From Octopus bimaculoides (Eukaryota), in the NCBI RefSeq assembly GCF_001194135.2, contig NC_068983.1, positions 80,682,450 through 80,746,449 of the forward strand: a DNA stretch of 64,000 nt. Direction: 5' to 3'. Below, in pieces: positions 23,370-37,329 of this stretch; position 1 is the stretch's first letter, and each line of letters starts with the position of its first letter. Below the pieces are notes generated by a model. The model was not told the origin of the DNA, searched no databases, and saw nothing but the letters and a program-made list of their open reading frames with translations. Position numbers and translations under genes: made by a program.

Positions 23370-26300
23370 ATTAAGGAACACTTCAATTAATTGTTGCTCA
23401 TTAATAAGCTGAAGAATTTCTGTGCAGTGCATTTTAGATGGTGTGTTTTCTTCTGTGTTCTGTGATTTCTTAAGGCGTAAATATTCTTTGAACTGATAAC
23501 ACTCATTTATTAATTTGTGGTCAATATCGTTTTTGTAATGCGATATCATAAGTTTGATACTGTCCTCATCAAATTCATCAGTTCTGACAGAAACTTGAAC
23601 CTTTTCACAATCTGCTCACATGGCTCCATCCCCTTGCTTAACTGAATTATCAAGCAGCCATAGACGTGATTTAGAATTTCTATCCTAAATTTTTCAGCCC
23701 CTTTCAAAGAAGCCCTATCATTTGTTCCATCTGCAAATTTCTTTGTAACAATGCGTTTAGAAACATCAGAATAATTTGAGGTGATATATTCATATAAATT
23801 TTTTGCTACTGATTCATAGTGTGCAATCCTCTCAGCTGAATTTTCTCATAGTTCTTTAACAAATGAAAGCAAAGATGCTAGCAGGAGGTAACCTTCAAAT
23901 ACATTAAAACCAGGGTTTGGAGTTTCTTACTTGTTTTGTTAAAACACTCCATAACTTCTTCCCAAACTACTGTTAAAACAGCATATTCCAATTTTACAAA
24001 CTTATGGTATAAATTCTTTGCATCTCGCTTACATTCAGGCTTCTCTTCCGAGTCTTCAAACATATGTTTGAGAGTTTGTAAAATGTCCCTATATCCATTT
24101 TTAATTGCCTGGACTGCTTCATAGTGTGCAGACCCATCTAGTTACACTTTAGTTCTTTAGAGATTGCCCTGTGTGTTTAAAATCCCCCATCTTCGAAGAG
24201 ATTGAGAGAAGAAAACACAGCTGCTGCAAGCTGTCAAAATAGTCAATAACTTCAGGTACAATAGACACTGCCTTTTACCAATGGCTTGCACATGGTACAT
24301 AGTATGCATGCCTGCTAATGTTTTTTTTTAAGAAGTGCTTGTAGCTCTTTCTCTGAGCCCTTCATACTGGAAGCATCATCGTACGACTGACCACGGATAT
24401 TTTGAAGTGAAAGCTTATGCTCCCCGAGAAAGTGTGTTATTTTATTGAACAAGGTCGTGGATGAATGGTTTTCTACTGTGGCAAAAATGCTAAAAATCTC
24501 TCACAGGGCTTTCCATTATAACAGTATCGAACCACAATTATCAGCTTATCAACATTTGTCACGTCAGGTGTAGAGTCAACTATAGCTGAGTAGTATTTGG
24601 TGTGTAGGTTGTTGATCTGATTCACCACTTCATATTTCATGTTTTCCCATGATTTCTATCAATTTTTCAGACACGGATTTGGATAGGTAAGAAATATTTA
24701 CTTTTTCATTTTAACATTTCTCTAAATGTTCATGTAAAAATGGGCCAAACTCTGAAATAAGCTGAATGGCCCTCATGAAATTTCCATTGTATGGGGAGCC
24801 CCACTTTTCCTCATGATCTCTAAATGCTAAACCTCTTTCACTTAAGAACTTTATAACTGCAACAACTCTTTTTAGTACTTCGAAATAGTACTGCATGTTT
24901 TTTTTTTTTGCAACTGTTCCTCAAGTTGCTGATCCACAGGGTTTTTATTTGATTTTCGTGTCAGCCAGCTCAACATCGCCCTTTTATGTTCCATGTTGTT
25001 TTCATGCTTTTCTAGAGTTCTGAGTTTATTCGTCCAATCAAAAAACTCACCTGCTCTTTAAGTAAACTAACCAGGATTTCATCACAGGCTGACAATTTTT
25101 CAATCTTTTTTTCAAAGTACTTGTTTGAGTAACTTTGATTTTGCTCTTTGTAAATCTTGTTGGATTCAGTATATGCATTATCTGTTTTTTTTTTTTATTT
25201 TGAAAAAAGCTGATGTCTTGCATTAAACTGTTTTGCATAAAACCATTATCAATTGTTACAGGCCAGTTTGCTAGGTCACTGTATTCTTCGAAATCACTAA
25301 TTTTGCTTCCTGTTTCTGCTCTCTCTTTCCTTGAAGTTTTTGACCACTGTGATCATCATCTGCACCAAAAGTGTCAACAGTAGGTTGATTATTGCTAAAC
25401 AGAGCATTCATGGTTTGTGCCCTATCATTGACTTCACTGGTGCTTTCACAGCTTGTTTCAGTTGCATGTGATGAGATACTTTTACTTGACATTGTAAAAT
25501 AGTTTGATAGTTTTTGACATTTAGAAATTTCGTTAGATTGCTTTTCCTTGAATTGGCATTTCTGGTATCCACTTAAGTACTTTCTTGAAGACATTGCTAT
25601 TCCTCTTTGGGCCTAGACCTCTGGGAAAAAATTGGGGTAATATTTTCATTAGCCACAAGACAAAGATCAATCACGATAAGGGGAAGAGGCAGCGATTGTG
25701 CTGTTTTCTTATTGGCTGAGAATTTTGAAAATTATCAAACTTTGAACACCTGTAAAATTTTTGCAAATTTTTTCCAGAATAAATGAATAGCAAATTCAGA
25801 TTCAGTGTTAAAAATTACATCTATTTGATACAATAAAAAAAATTTTTTAAGATAATTGTAAACAGTGACGAAAACCACAAAGATAAACACTATTCTGAAA
25901 ATATCAAAAAGTAAGAAAAGTCAGGACTAATTAAATGGTGGGCTTGATCAAAACTCTGCCAAATGTTGAAGTATTTTTCTGGGATAGAATAGCTGTCCCA
26001 CCCTTTGTTATTTTATTGTATTCCACATTCTGAAACACATTCAAGTCGCATTAAAAAGATGAAAATCACTCCCTTATATTGTACCTCTCACAAAATTTTG
26101 TTTTTGTTTTTATTTTTGTTTATGAGAAATTATAAAAAATTCAAGAGATTTGGCTGCTATTTCTAGTATGTGGAGAGATCTAGGCTCAATTTCGTGCGCT
26201 GGTTGAAAATCACCTAACAAAATTTCTGGGGCTGATACATTCAACTAAAAATTCTTCAAGGCGGTGCCCCAGCATTACTGCAGTCTAAACATTTAACAAG

Positions 26301-26429
26301 TACAAAGGAAAAAAAAAAAACGAAAAAACAAAATAAATCACCGAGGTGGTTTTGACTCGACTTAAAAAAAATTCTGGGTTCCATACAGTCATCTAAAAAT
26401 ACTACAAGGTAGTGCCCCAGCATGGTCGC

Positions 26430-26496
26430 AATCTTGGGGTTAGTAACCCATGCTCTTAACCACTACGCCATATGCCCGTGGGCAATTATGGAGTGA
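26430..26496 (-). mobile_element. Family A PLE fragment (tRNA-like cassette plus ~20 nt upstream)
   Basis: GGGGTTAGTAACCCATGCTCTTAACCACTACGCCATATGCCCGTGGGCAATTATGGAGTGA matches 5370-5433. Confidence 0.8.
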
Positions 26497-26730
26497 TATA
26501 ATTCCCCTCAAATTTAATTTTACTTGAAACAAGGTGCTTCTGTGACAAACTGTTGTTATATGGTACACAAAAAGAAAAACAAGTGATATTTTCTTACCCT
26601 TCAATAAAAAATATTCCTTTTATACCTTTTAAATGACTGAAAACGTCTCTTTCTTTTCAAAATTCCAATTTCATTTTTCACACATGCACTTGTGGTGTTT
26701 AGCTTTTTCTTCATTGTGAAAATACAATAA

Positions 26731-27285
26731 NNNNNNNNNNNNNNNNNNNNNNNNNNNNNNNNNNNNNNNNNNNNNNNNNNNNNNNNNNNNNNNNNNNNNN
26801 NNNNNNNNNNNNNNNNNNNNNNNNNNNNNNNNNNNNNNNNNNNNNNNNNNNNNNNNNNNNNNNNNNNNNNNNNNNNNNNNNNNNNNNNNNNNNNNNNNNN
26901 NNNNNNNNNNNNNNNNNNNNNNNNNNNNNNNNNNNNNNNNNNNNNNNNNNNNNNNNNNNNNNNNNNNNNNNNNNNNNNNNNNNNNNNNNNNNNNNNNNNN
27001 NNNNNNNNNNNNNNNNNNNNNNNNNNNNNNNNNNNNNNNNNNNNNNNNNNNNNNNNNNNNNNNNNNNNNNNNNNNNNNNNNNNNNNNNNNNNNNNNNNNN
27101 NNNNNNNNNNNNNNNNNNNNNNNNNNNNNNNNNNNNNNNNNNNNNNNNNNNNNNNNNNNNNNNNNNNNNNNNNNNNNNNNNNNNNNNNNNNNNNNNNNNN
27201 NNNNNNNNNNNNNNNNNNNNNNNNNNNNNNNNNNNNNNNNNNNNNNNNNNNNNNNNNNNNNNNNNNNNNNNNNNNNNNNNNNNNN
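26731..27285. other. Assembly gap (others at 562-602, 5555-5652, 40509-40518, 61637-61883)
   Basis: Runs of N. Confidence 1.
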
Positions 27286-27333
<48 letters not shown>

Positions 27334-28115
27334 CTACATGCATATATATATGTTTTTTACTTTTCTTTGTCACTTCCCTGGCACCATGCTTCTCTTGGAG
27401 ATGGAACTTGAAAGAGAGAGAATAAAAGTTTTTTTCTGTTTATTTCTTTTTATCGCTATATATATTCACACACACAAACACACAAATGTACATACATTAA
27501 TACATATGTACATTCATTCATACATTGATGTTTTTTTTTTTACTTTTCTTTGTCGTTTCACTGGGGACAGGTGTAGAGACAAAATTTTCTCTCAGTCTAT
27601 TTCGTTTTATTGGCCCAGTCTGCATGGCAAAATACAAAAAGAAAAATATTGACAGAAAGAAAAAATTAAGTTGACCAGAGGGGCCCCTCAAGTTTTAGGG
27701 GCCCTGAAGCTTAAACTTCATTGGTTTTATAGTAGATCTGCCACTGACTCACACACAGAAACTCTAAATATTCTTGATCTCTTTCTCATCACCAAACCCA
27801 ACCTCTAAGAAGCCATAACTGTTTGCACCTAAAATATTGTCTGACCAATTAATTATCACATGTTAATGTGTTGCTACTCACCACATAATCACATAAAAAT
27901 CCTCCACTCCCTGGAACTTTTCCTCTTTTAATCATCTGACTGGTCAGCATACTGCCAGTTCTGGACTACCTCTCCCTGGCAGTGTGTGTTTCACCACTGG
28001 CCCATGTATGATAGCTAATCCAGTGACTGAAACCATTCCTGTATGTATGTTCCTCCACACCCTCATACACCATAACAACAGTGCCAAATCACCCAAGTGA
28101 TTCACTCTTAGCTAT

Positions 28116-28502
28116 GTTGTTGTTGGCACTCCATCGCTTACGATGTTGAGGGTTCCAGTTGATCCGATCAACGGAACAGCCTGCTCATGAAATTAACGTG
28201 CAAGTGGCTGAGCACTCCACAGACACGTGTACCCTTAACGTTGTTTTCGGGGATATTCAGCGTGACACAGTGTGACAAGGCTGACCCTTTGAATTACAGG
28301 CACAACAGAAACAGGAAGTAAGAGTGAGAGAAAGTTGTGGGGAAAGAGTACAGCAGGGTTCGCCACCATCCCCTGCTGGAGCCTCGTGGAGCTTTAAGTG
28401 TTTTCGCTCAATAAACACTCACAGTGCCCAGTCTGGGAATCGAAACCGCGATCCTATGACTGCGAGTCCGCTGCCCAAACCACTGAGCCATTGCGCCTCC
28501 AC
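28116..28502 (-). mobile_element. Family 1 SINE, full length with TSD
   Basis: tRNA head and (AAC)n tail. 12-bp TSD ACTCTTAGCTAT at 28104-28115 and 28503-28514. Confidence 0.93.
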
Positions 28503-28514
28503 ACTCTTAGCTAT

Positions 28515-28885
28515 ACTGCAGCAGTAAAGGCAATGAATATGATCTTCAGTGCCTGGATAAACTGTCTCCTACTGGTTTTACCCATCACTACAATTTCTAC
28601 AAGACTATCATCTGAAATACAGATGTTTTTATGCATGACACAACGTAAAAGCTCTCCTGCTCTCCAAGCTGCGACTGATTCTTCTAATCCTTTGTTCAAA
28701 GAGTCTCTAATAATTTTGTAGAATCTTCCTCCCCTTCATTGCTTAAACTATGATGGTCCAGTAAGTAGTATACCTTGGAGGAAAGCTCTGAATATACTTA
28801 CTGTTTTGCAGCCAATTCCACATTGTACACATTATAAAAGGAGCAGGTAATTTGGGCCATTTTGGTAAATTTCAAGGCTTAGCTG
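28515..28885 (-). mobile_element. Decayed RTE LINE C-terminal remnant
   Basis: LPAP..CTMW resembles LP.LLYGCETW. ELLRCVMHK..DDSLVEIVVMGK..RRQF..ALK resembles the L.F.GHVMR..D.LE..V..GK..R.R motif. Confidence 0.45.
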
Positions 28886-29994
28886 AAGGGCTTAAATAAC
28901 TGCTTTATATATATCACAATTTAATTTGAATAAATTACATGTATATATGTATGAGCATATATGCATGTGTATGAATGTGTCTATGGATATATCTGCATTA
29001 ATTTTTATATGTCTTTCTTTCTATATATTTATTAGCATAAATATATATGCATATAATTATATGTATATACATATATATATATTACAGTTTTACACTGTTT
29101 GTCATTGCTTGCTTCATCAAGTATATTATGTGTGCACTTGTGATAGTTATTGTTTTCAGGGATTGATTATGTAAACAGAAATATACTTTCATGCATTTTA
29201 TTGAAGTAAAACATGGGTTTTGATGAGTGTTCTGAGAAATCCAATCAACATTACTTGAACAATTCATCTATTTTCATTAGATATATTTTCAGTTTGTTTG
29301 TAGCTTAAACGTTATCAGCAGGCCATTTTTTTTTTTTTTGGTCATTATTCAGATAAATGTTGTTAACTTGATAATTAATTGCCAGTTTTTCAGTTTTAAT
29401 AGAATTCTCTATAATCAACTGATTTCTTAGCATATTTATCAGATGATGACTGATTTTTCTTGTGGTAAAAGTCTTGAGGGATTGTACTGCTGAATTAAAC
29501 TAGCTCCGTAGCAAATTTATTTATATTTTGGGGAAAAATAATTTAGAAAATTACAGTAAATCAGACTCGTTTATTTTCATTTTTCTGTTCTCAAAGAACA
29601 ATGAATAGGTTACCACAATTTTGTTTATAACACAAAGCATTTGAATAGTGAAAAAAAAAAATAGTATACAAATGTATGACTTTATTTTATTACATGTGTC
29701 ATCAGATATATCTATACATAACATAATGTGTTTTACATTATGATATTAGGCAAATCTTCTTAAAGGAAGATATCTGTTATTAGTATTTCATTCATTTGTT
29801 TTTAAGCTAACATAGGTTTGATGAATACATTGTTGGGGCATCATCTTACAACCAGGTATCTTTTGAGCTATTAGGATAGTTTATTTTTTTAGTTAGGAAT
29901 CTCTTATTCTACATGTCTTCAAAGGCACAAAACCAGGAGTTAATTTTGTTGATAGGAAATGACAATAATTTTACAACTTGTAGCTCAATGATTT

Positions 29995-30008
29995 TCAGAG
30001 AAGTGCAT

Positions 30009-30039
<31 letters not shown>

Positions 30040-30205
30040 TACACACACGAAAGTCTTCTGCCAGTTTCTGTTTACCAAATTTACTCATAAAACATTGTCA
30101 GCCCAGAGTTTTAATAGATGATACTTACTCAAGGTGTCATGCAGTGGGATTGAACCTAAAACCTTGTGGTTGGGAAGTAAACTTTTTTACGACATAACCA
30201 TGACT
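29995..30205 (-). mobile_element. Family 2 SINE, 5' half
   Basis: GTCTTCTGCCAGTTTCTGTTTACCAAAT...CTCAAGGTGTCATGCAGTGGGATTGAACC. Confidence 0.75.
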
Positions 30206-31054
30206 ATGCCTTAACTTTTCAAGTAGTTTTATTTAATTAAACACATCCTCATATATTTTCACACATGATGTATTTGCATTATAATAGTTGATAAATCTTC
30301 TTAAAGGAGAATATTTTTTGTAAGTATTTCATATAAATTAACTTGTAGTGACACTTTAGGAGTACTTAATTGTGTTCTTAAATTTATACAACAGTTTGAT
30401 TCTCAAAAACTAGATATTTGTTTCAATTTTCTTAATTTCAAGTTATTTCTGAAAACTCTGATGGACAGTCAGGATAGCAATTTTCTTCTTTTTCTGAGAC
30501 TAAAAACATAAAAACCAAGAAGGTAGCCTCTACATATAGTCACTTGCCCTGCTAGAAATAGCAATCAAATCTCAAATTGAATTCTGTTATCTTAAACCTG
30601 GGAGGACATATTGAATAATTGAATCCTGATAAATAAGGTCTAGATAAAAATTGCTAGGATGTTTATAGCTGGAACACTTTTTATCATATAGCTGTTCTAT
30701 TGCAGCTGGCCTGGAGTTTCAACAACATCAGCTACAATGTAGTTTGTACAATAGTTACTCTTATAATGTTCTTTGAAATATTCATCAAACCATTTTATTT
30801 ACTTTAAAAATTACTTTATGTTTCTTGGCATAGAAAATTGTGACTTTGCCCAGATTTACATGTTTGATAAATATATCTGCGTTGATACAATGTTGTAATA
30901 TTAGATGGACATAAATGGTTTTGGTTAATTTTTCTTCATTGTTTACAATTTGTTTCGCCCATTGCTGACAGTTGTATTTTATAGAAACATTCCTGGCTAT
31001 GAAGCATTAGATCTTTCAATCTTTTTTATCTATCTCATCTGAGTTTATACATAC

Positions 31055-31058
31055 ACAG

Positions 31059-31152
<94 letters not shown>

Positions 31153-31186
31153 CACATACACGCACACACACACACACACACACACA

Positions 31187-31227
<41 letters not shown>

Positions 31228-31260
31228 ACATAGAGAGGCATATGTACATACGCACACACT
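31055..31260. repeat. (CA)n microsatellite
   Basis: Seen directly. Confidence 0.98.
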
Positions 31261-32099
31261 GTTTTGATTTGATTAACCAATGACTCACTCTTGTATAAAT
31301 ATGACAGTATAAGCTATTGTTTTCTTGCTGAAGGATACGAGACTGTATATGAACAAAAAAATATATCATTATTATGAATCCTCTAAGAGCAGTGGGGAAA
31401 CAAGTCTGAACTTATTGCTCTTTGATTTAAAATGTTGTTAATCAAAGGTGAATGCACATCTACTACGTACGCATGCACACATGCACACACACATGCACAT
31501 ACACACACACACATTTACACATATATGCATTCACTGACAAATACATGCACACAAACACACACATACACACATACAATTCATTGTAAGGCATAACCATATA
31601 ATTACATATTTCATTAAAAAAAAAAAAGCCAAAAGATGTCGCTAACTAGAGCTCTACTCTATACCTCGATGCATTTCCTGTTACTGTTTTGGAAAAGAAA
31701 AAAAAATACTGAGTATACATTCTTTGTAGGACAAAGGGGTCTGTGAACAAAATTATAAAATTTTCTTTGTATATTATTTTATGTAAAGATTTTGGTATTG
31801 AATTTTTCTTTATGTTAGGAGAGAGACAAGAGATAAAAATGTTTCAAGAGATCAATACACACAAATACACACACATGTACGTGCATATGCACACACACAT
31901 GTATGCACATATGCATTCATACACGTGTGCATGTGTCTATTCTCTAGTTTATTTCTTTGTACCAGTAAAAATGCAAAAGCATTATTCACATAAACTCCAC
32001 TGAATGTAACTTAGAACATGGCAAAGATATTATTCCTTTTTGCTGGTTTCATTCAATGGGTTGTGACCGTGCTGGGGTACCACCTGGAAGGGTCTAGTC

Positions 32100-32438
32100 T
32101 AAGGGTTCTCAACCATATTTTATTTATGGACCCCCTTAAATTACTATTTTATTCTGGTGGACCTCTAAGGCCATTTGATGTTTAAAACCTAGTTTAATAG
32201 ATATTTTTTGTCAAAATTCTTATTCTGTTTTTCACGCATTAACTTTTGTAGGTTGAACTATGTAAAATGTTAGAGAAAGAAACCAAGCTGGTTCCTACAA
32301 TACATACCAACACATATATCTAAAACAAACTTTTTAGAAGGGCACTTAAAATACTCGTGAATCTCCAATTTACTATTTTATTGTGTGGACCCCCAGAAAT
32401 CTTATATGGACTCTCAGGGGCCATATGAACCATGGTTG
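32100..32438. mobile_element. hAT/Charlie-like MITE nested in a family 2 SINE tail
   Basis: Left end TAAGGGTTCTCAACCA, right end ...TGGTTG (truncated). 8-bp TSD GTCTAGTC / GTGTAGTC (7/8). Confidence 0.6.
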
Positions 32439-32865
32439 GTGTAGTCAATTAAATAGACCCGAGTACTTATCATCTCTAAAGTCTGGTACTCATTCTATCA
32501 GTTTCTTTTTACCAAACTACTAACTTAAGGGAACACATGTTGCCAAGCAGTGAAAGACAGGCAAAGAAACATGCTCAAAGTTTTTGCCAGCCCCACTCCC
32601 ACGTCCTGGACTAGTGTGGTTAATGTAGCTGATATTCAGTTTGAATTGTTCATATCAACGAAATTAAAGCAGTAAAGAAAGTTTCAAACCCCAACCTTAG
32701 AGCTAACTCTAACGAAACAAATTGACCCTAGTATGTATTTTGTTTTGAAAAACCTGGCTCTTTTGCTGAAATGCTAAGTTATGGGAAAGTAAACACACCA
32801 ACACCAGTTGTCAAATAGTGGTGGAAGACAAACATAGATACAAAAACACATACACACACACATAG

Positions 32866-32904
<39 letters not shown>

Positions 32905-32929
32905 TGTGCATGCATTTGTAAATATATAT

Positions 32930-33075
32930 ATATAGGTGCAAGAGTGGCTGTGCAGTAAGTAGCTTGCTTACCAACCACATGGTCCCTCATTCTGTCCCAC
33001 TGCATTGCACCTTGGGTAAGTGTTTCGTATTATAGCCTCGGGCTGACCAAAGCCTTGTGAGTGGATTTAGTAGAC
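32930..33075 (+). mobile_element. Family 2 SINE, 5' half (head-to-head with a minus-strand 3' half at 32755-32865)
   Basis: TAGGTGCAAGAGTGGCTGTGCAGTAAG...CACCTTGGGTAAG...GTAGAC. Confidence 0.8.
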
Positions 33076-33270
33076 TCCCATTGTAGATCGCTGACCACGA
33101 CATTAAAATTTTTTTCTCCTTGTTTTTCTCCTTATTTCTTTCTGTTGAAGAGCGTAGCTAGAAACGTTAAAGACTTTCTCTATTCTCGAGCGTTAAACTA
33201 ATACATCCTTTTGTTGTTTACACCACCTGTCCTCGTCTGTTGTTGTTTTTTTCGTAAATTCTCCCATATA
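33076..33270 (+). mobile_element. Putative PLE terminal module, family B, with a hammerhead-like motif
   Basis: TCTTT-CTGTTGA-AGAGC-GTA-GCTA-GAAA-CGT-T-AAAGA at 33137-33173. Homologous copies at 62095-62225(-) and 62595-62665(+). Confidence 0.55.
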
Positions 33271-36200
33271 TATGTACTTGACTGGTGTTTTATTATTATT
33301 GATCTGAAAAAAATGGAAAGCAAAGTCAACTTCAGCAGGATTTGAACTCAGAATTTAAGGTGTCAGAACAAATACTACAAAGCAATTTTTTATATTCTAA
33401 TGATTCTGCCACTCTCTATAATGATAATGATGGTGATGATGGTGATGTTGCTTTGCTGCTGATGTTGATGATGATTCTTGTGATGATCAAGAGGAGGAGG
33501 ATTCTATTTAATGAATGCGAATTGACTAACATACTTCTTTTTAAATTGTACATTAGTTTGGAAATTAAAAATATTGTGTGTAAAATAATAAATAAATAAA
33601 ACAAGTCCTGAGCCAACAGAAATAATGAGCTGGATGACATTTTCTTGAACAAAAGAAACTCAAAGAGTGGAATGTATAAATCTAAATAAAGCACTTTTAA
33701 TGACTGAGATGTCATCAGAAATGTGTCTTTTTACAAACATAAGTATTTTATAGTCTGTATAATGTTGCTGTTTTAGAAAGTATGACACACAAAGAGCCTG
33801 TGACAGAAATATATTCATGAAGGATAAGGTTGGATGTAATAACAATATACTTTAGAGAAAACATAAGAGCTAAGAACAATAGAAACAAATCATATTTGTT
33901 TTAACAGGAGTATTTCTATTCGAACATAGAAAATTTATTTTGTAATGAAATTGCAAGTTATGCAAAATTCACACATACTCTCTCTCTCTCTCTCTCCCCC
34001 CCACACACACACACATGTATATTAATTCAGGATGTTAACATTTGGATGTAGATGTCTTTTTTGGATATAAATTTTAAGAGAAACAGAAATTATTCCATGG
34101 ACATAATTCTTAAAATACAAGAAGTTTTATGTCTTTATGTATAATATTTATGGTTATTCTAAATTTATAAAAGAAAAAAACTAAAACATAGCCCTGTTAA
34201 AATAAAAACCTAAATAACTCCAAAACAGTACAATACCATCTCTCTTTGTATATGGGATTATATATGTGAAATTATTACTTAGTAACTTAAAATAGAGGCC
34301 AAATAAAACTATTCAATCTTTGCGACAGCCTATAATTGAAACAATCAATTTACTTACTCTTAATGATGCTAATATATTGCAAAACATGACCTTCAATCTA
34401 CAAACCATAATTTATTTAAGTAATTTCAGAAGTTGATAAAGAGATTTTTTCGAATTATAAAAATATATGAAATATCTTTCTATGAATTTACTTTTTATTT
34501 TGTCTGAAGAATTTATGAAAAAAAAAAAAAAAATCATATCTTTTGTAAATCATGTATATGGAATGCGATAAACTGTTATTTGTGTCAATGATAATAGAAC
34601 CCCATTGTAAGACACTTTTACAGGGAATGAAGTTAATATTGTAAGAATGCAAAATGATTTAAATATAATATAAACATGAATTACTTAAGCTCTATTCTTT
34701 ATGATACCAGGCTTGGAGATTAAGCTGTAGTATAGATATCAATGAAACTACTAACGTAACCATTTAAAAAATTTCTTCTGAAATTTTCAAGTTCAATTGA
34801 ATGTTATAAGAGATTTTAGCATTTGACTCAAAATGTTGTAGACACAATTTTTTCACCTCTTGAGTATAGATTTTCTATGATCATTTAGCTGTTTACCTTC
34901 TTACTTCATTATTATGAAAGACAATACTGCCTAACCAGCATGTAGTGCAGTATATTACATCTAATTTTCTGTTTTCATTCTCTTTTTAAATATCTGAAGG
35001 CTTTGGTGATAATTCCAGTGAAGGAATGAAGAGGATGAGCAACCACAAGAGAGTCTTTATTTCTTGGCTATTTGGATAACAAAACATAATAAATTGCTGA
35101 TCCATTAATATCTGTAAATTTATTCTCAAGTATATTAATGTTTTAATAAACTTTAGAATAAATTTATAGATATTAAACACAGATATACACAAGTTGTCTT
35201 TTACAAAGTTATTTTGTGAACAGAAAAACAGGGATCGAGGGGACTGGTTTCAATACATGTTTGGATCTCATCTGGAAAAGTGTACCCTCATTGAAAACAT
35301 TATATATATAGTCACTATTATCAAAGACTTCAGTAAATTGAATAAGCTGATTTGCATAAATAACATTTTCTTGGCAGCTAATTCAACAATTGAATTGTTT
35401 ACATGTTATTGTTTTAACGCTATGATCTATTTTGCTGTCTACTCTGCTTTCAAGTTTTTGGACTAGTCCCCTAGTTCCTTTCTCATCCTTCTTTTTCTTC
35501 TCAGCAGATATTAAGCAACAGGTGTTCATGCCTGTTGATACAGACCTACATTCAAGAGCATTCAAGTTACAATCATCTTATCTTTTATATTACCATGTAC
35601 TTTGGAATGACCTTATCCATTGTGTCCTGTTTTTTTTAAAGAAGACAAATACAGGCTCATCTTTAGGTGTTCATGGGCTCCATAGAAATATTATGAAATT
35701 GGTTCCCATCTAAGTAGATTCATGGGATTCTTTAGTTTCTGGGTCCAGTACTGCAGTACACATAACATTTACCTTAATATGGTACTGAGCAGGGTGTGGT
35801 TCTAGAGCGATTTAGCTATCATTTCTAGCAGATCAAATGACCCGTATAGAAGCTCCTTCATACATTGCCAGCTCGTGTGATTCACAAACTTGCATTTCTT
35901 TTCTTTCTTTTTTTTTTTTTTGCTTCATTTGTATAACTTTGAGGGCCAAGTGTTAAATCAAGATCTAGTTAGGTGATATAGGATTTCCACAAAAGTTAAA
36001 TTTTGCTCACTTATGATATTTGCTTGTGAATTCAGAGATATATTATATTAACCCCCTACATTCCTCTTCCTTGATTTCATCTTCATCTTTTTCACCCACC
36101 ACCATCATGAACTAGATATTACTAACTATTCTTCCATAATGATTTTTGGCATGAAGCCAGCAATTTGAGAGGAGGGTATTAGTTGACACCACTAACTCCA

Positions 36201-37329
36201 GTACTTGACTAGTACTTTACTTTATCAATAGCAAAAGATGAAAAACCATGTTGACCTTAGCTGGATTTGAACACAGAATGTAAAGAGCCAGAAACTCTTC
36301 CCTAATAATAATGGTATTAATAATCAACCAGGTACAAGAATGATATTCAATTCATCCAAAATATTACTGGGATTAACTTTGCTAACCCAAAAAGGATGAA
36401 AGGTGAAATTGATCCGTTAACCTATGCAAGATTTGACTGCAGAAACATAATACATATTAAGTACTGTGAAGCATTCCATCAAAAAAATTTATTGTTTACA
36501 CCATATTATATGCCTTGGAAAAAAAAAATACAACAATAATGATACCCCATGAATTTAGTAAAGATTTTAGTTTGTTTTTTGTTGCCATTACATAATCACA
36601 TTTTGCTGGCAATATACTTTGATAAATCTGTTAGTTTTGCAATTTACATAATAAATAAGAGTTATTGCTTCTATGCCAGAGCTAAATTATTATCTGTTTA
36701 TATTCAGTGGCAAACCAATCAATCATATAAGAGTAAAGATGAATATTTTGTCATGTAACTCCTAAGATTTTGAGAAATTGAGAGATAAATGTAAGCAGTG
36801 TTGCAGAAATAATTATTAAAGAATGTTATCATAGTTAATGGAGATTCATTTGGCTATTATGATGAGTTAATTACATGAGATCAATTTAACATCTATTTGT
36901 ACTGGTGGCTAAAACAATAATAATGCACTATAAAGATGCATGACTGGTAAGACCATTTTGGTTAAGTGAACTGCCTTACTGGTATGAAATATTGAAAGTA
37001 ACTACTTTTAGTAGAGCTTCTACTTTTAACACATCTTTATAACTAGAGATGGCTTCTACATTTCCATTCAACCCATTAGAAATAGCAGCCTTATGTCTGT
37101 CATTATTCAGTTTTATTTCAAGATTTCTTGCCAATAGAGAAAGAGTTGGTTTCTAACCTAGACCCAAGGCTCCTTCATTGGAATTTCAACAACACCAACA
37201 GTGTATTCTTGTATGTATGCATATGTGCAGATTTGTATGTTTTGTTTTATGTATGTATTCTCATGCATATAGTTGCATATCGAGACATGCTCATATATAT
37301 TTAAACAATAAACTTCCAGAAAGTTTTAC

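Larger units (their letters stand above)
22476..27746 (-). mobile_element. Full-length degenerate hAT DNA transposon (ZMYM1-like transposase)
   Basis: Imperfect 15-bp TIRs CAGTGGTGGACCTAC (22476-22490) and GTAGATCTGCCACTG (27732-27746). Perfect 8-bp TSD ACTCACAC (22468-22475, 27747-27754). Broken ORF from MSSRKYLSGYQK (25594) through VIKFLSERGLAFR..GNF to FPNITIVLKLYLSMP...ERNFSKLSVIKNKFRSTM.EERLNSL. Confidence 0.95.

Noticed and set aside
28712-28885. Plus- and minus-strand exon candidates with GTAAGT/GTAATT donors
   Set aside because: They overlap a decayed RTE remnant, and the plus-strand model needs an intron of only ~50 nt.
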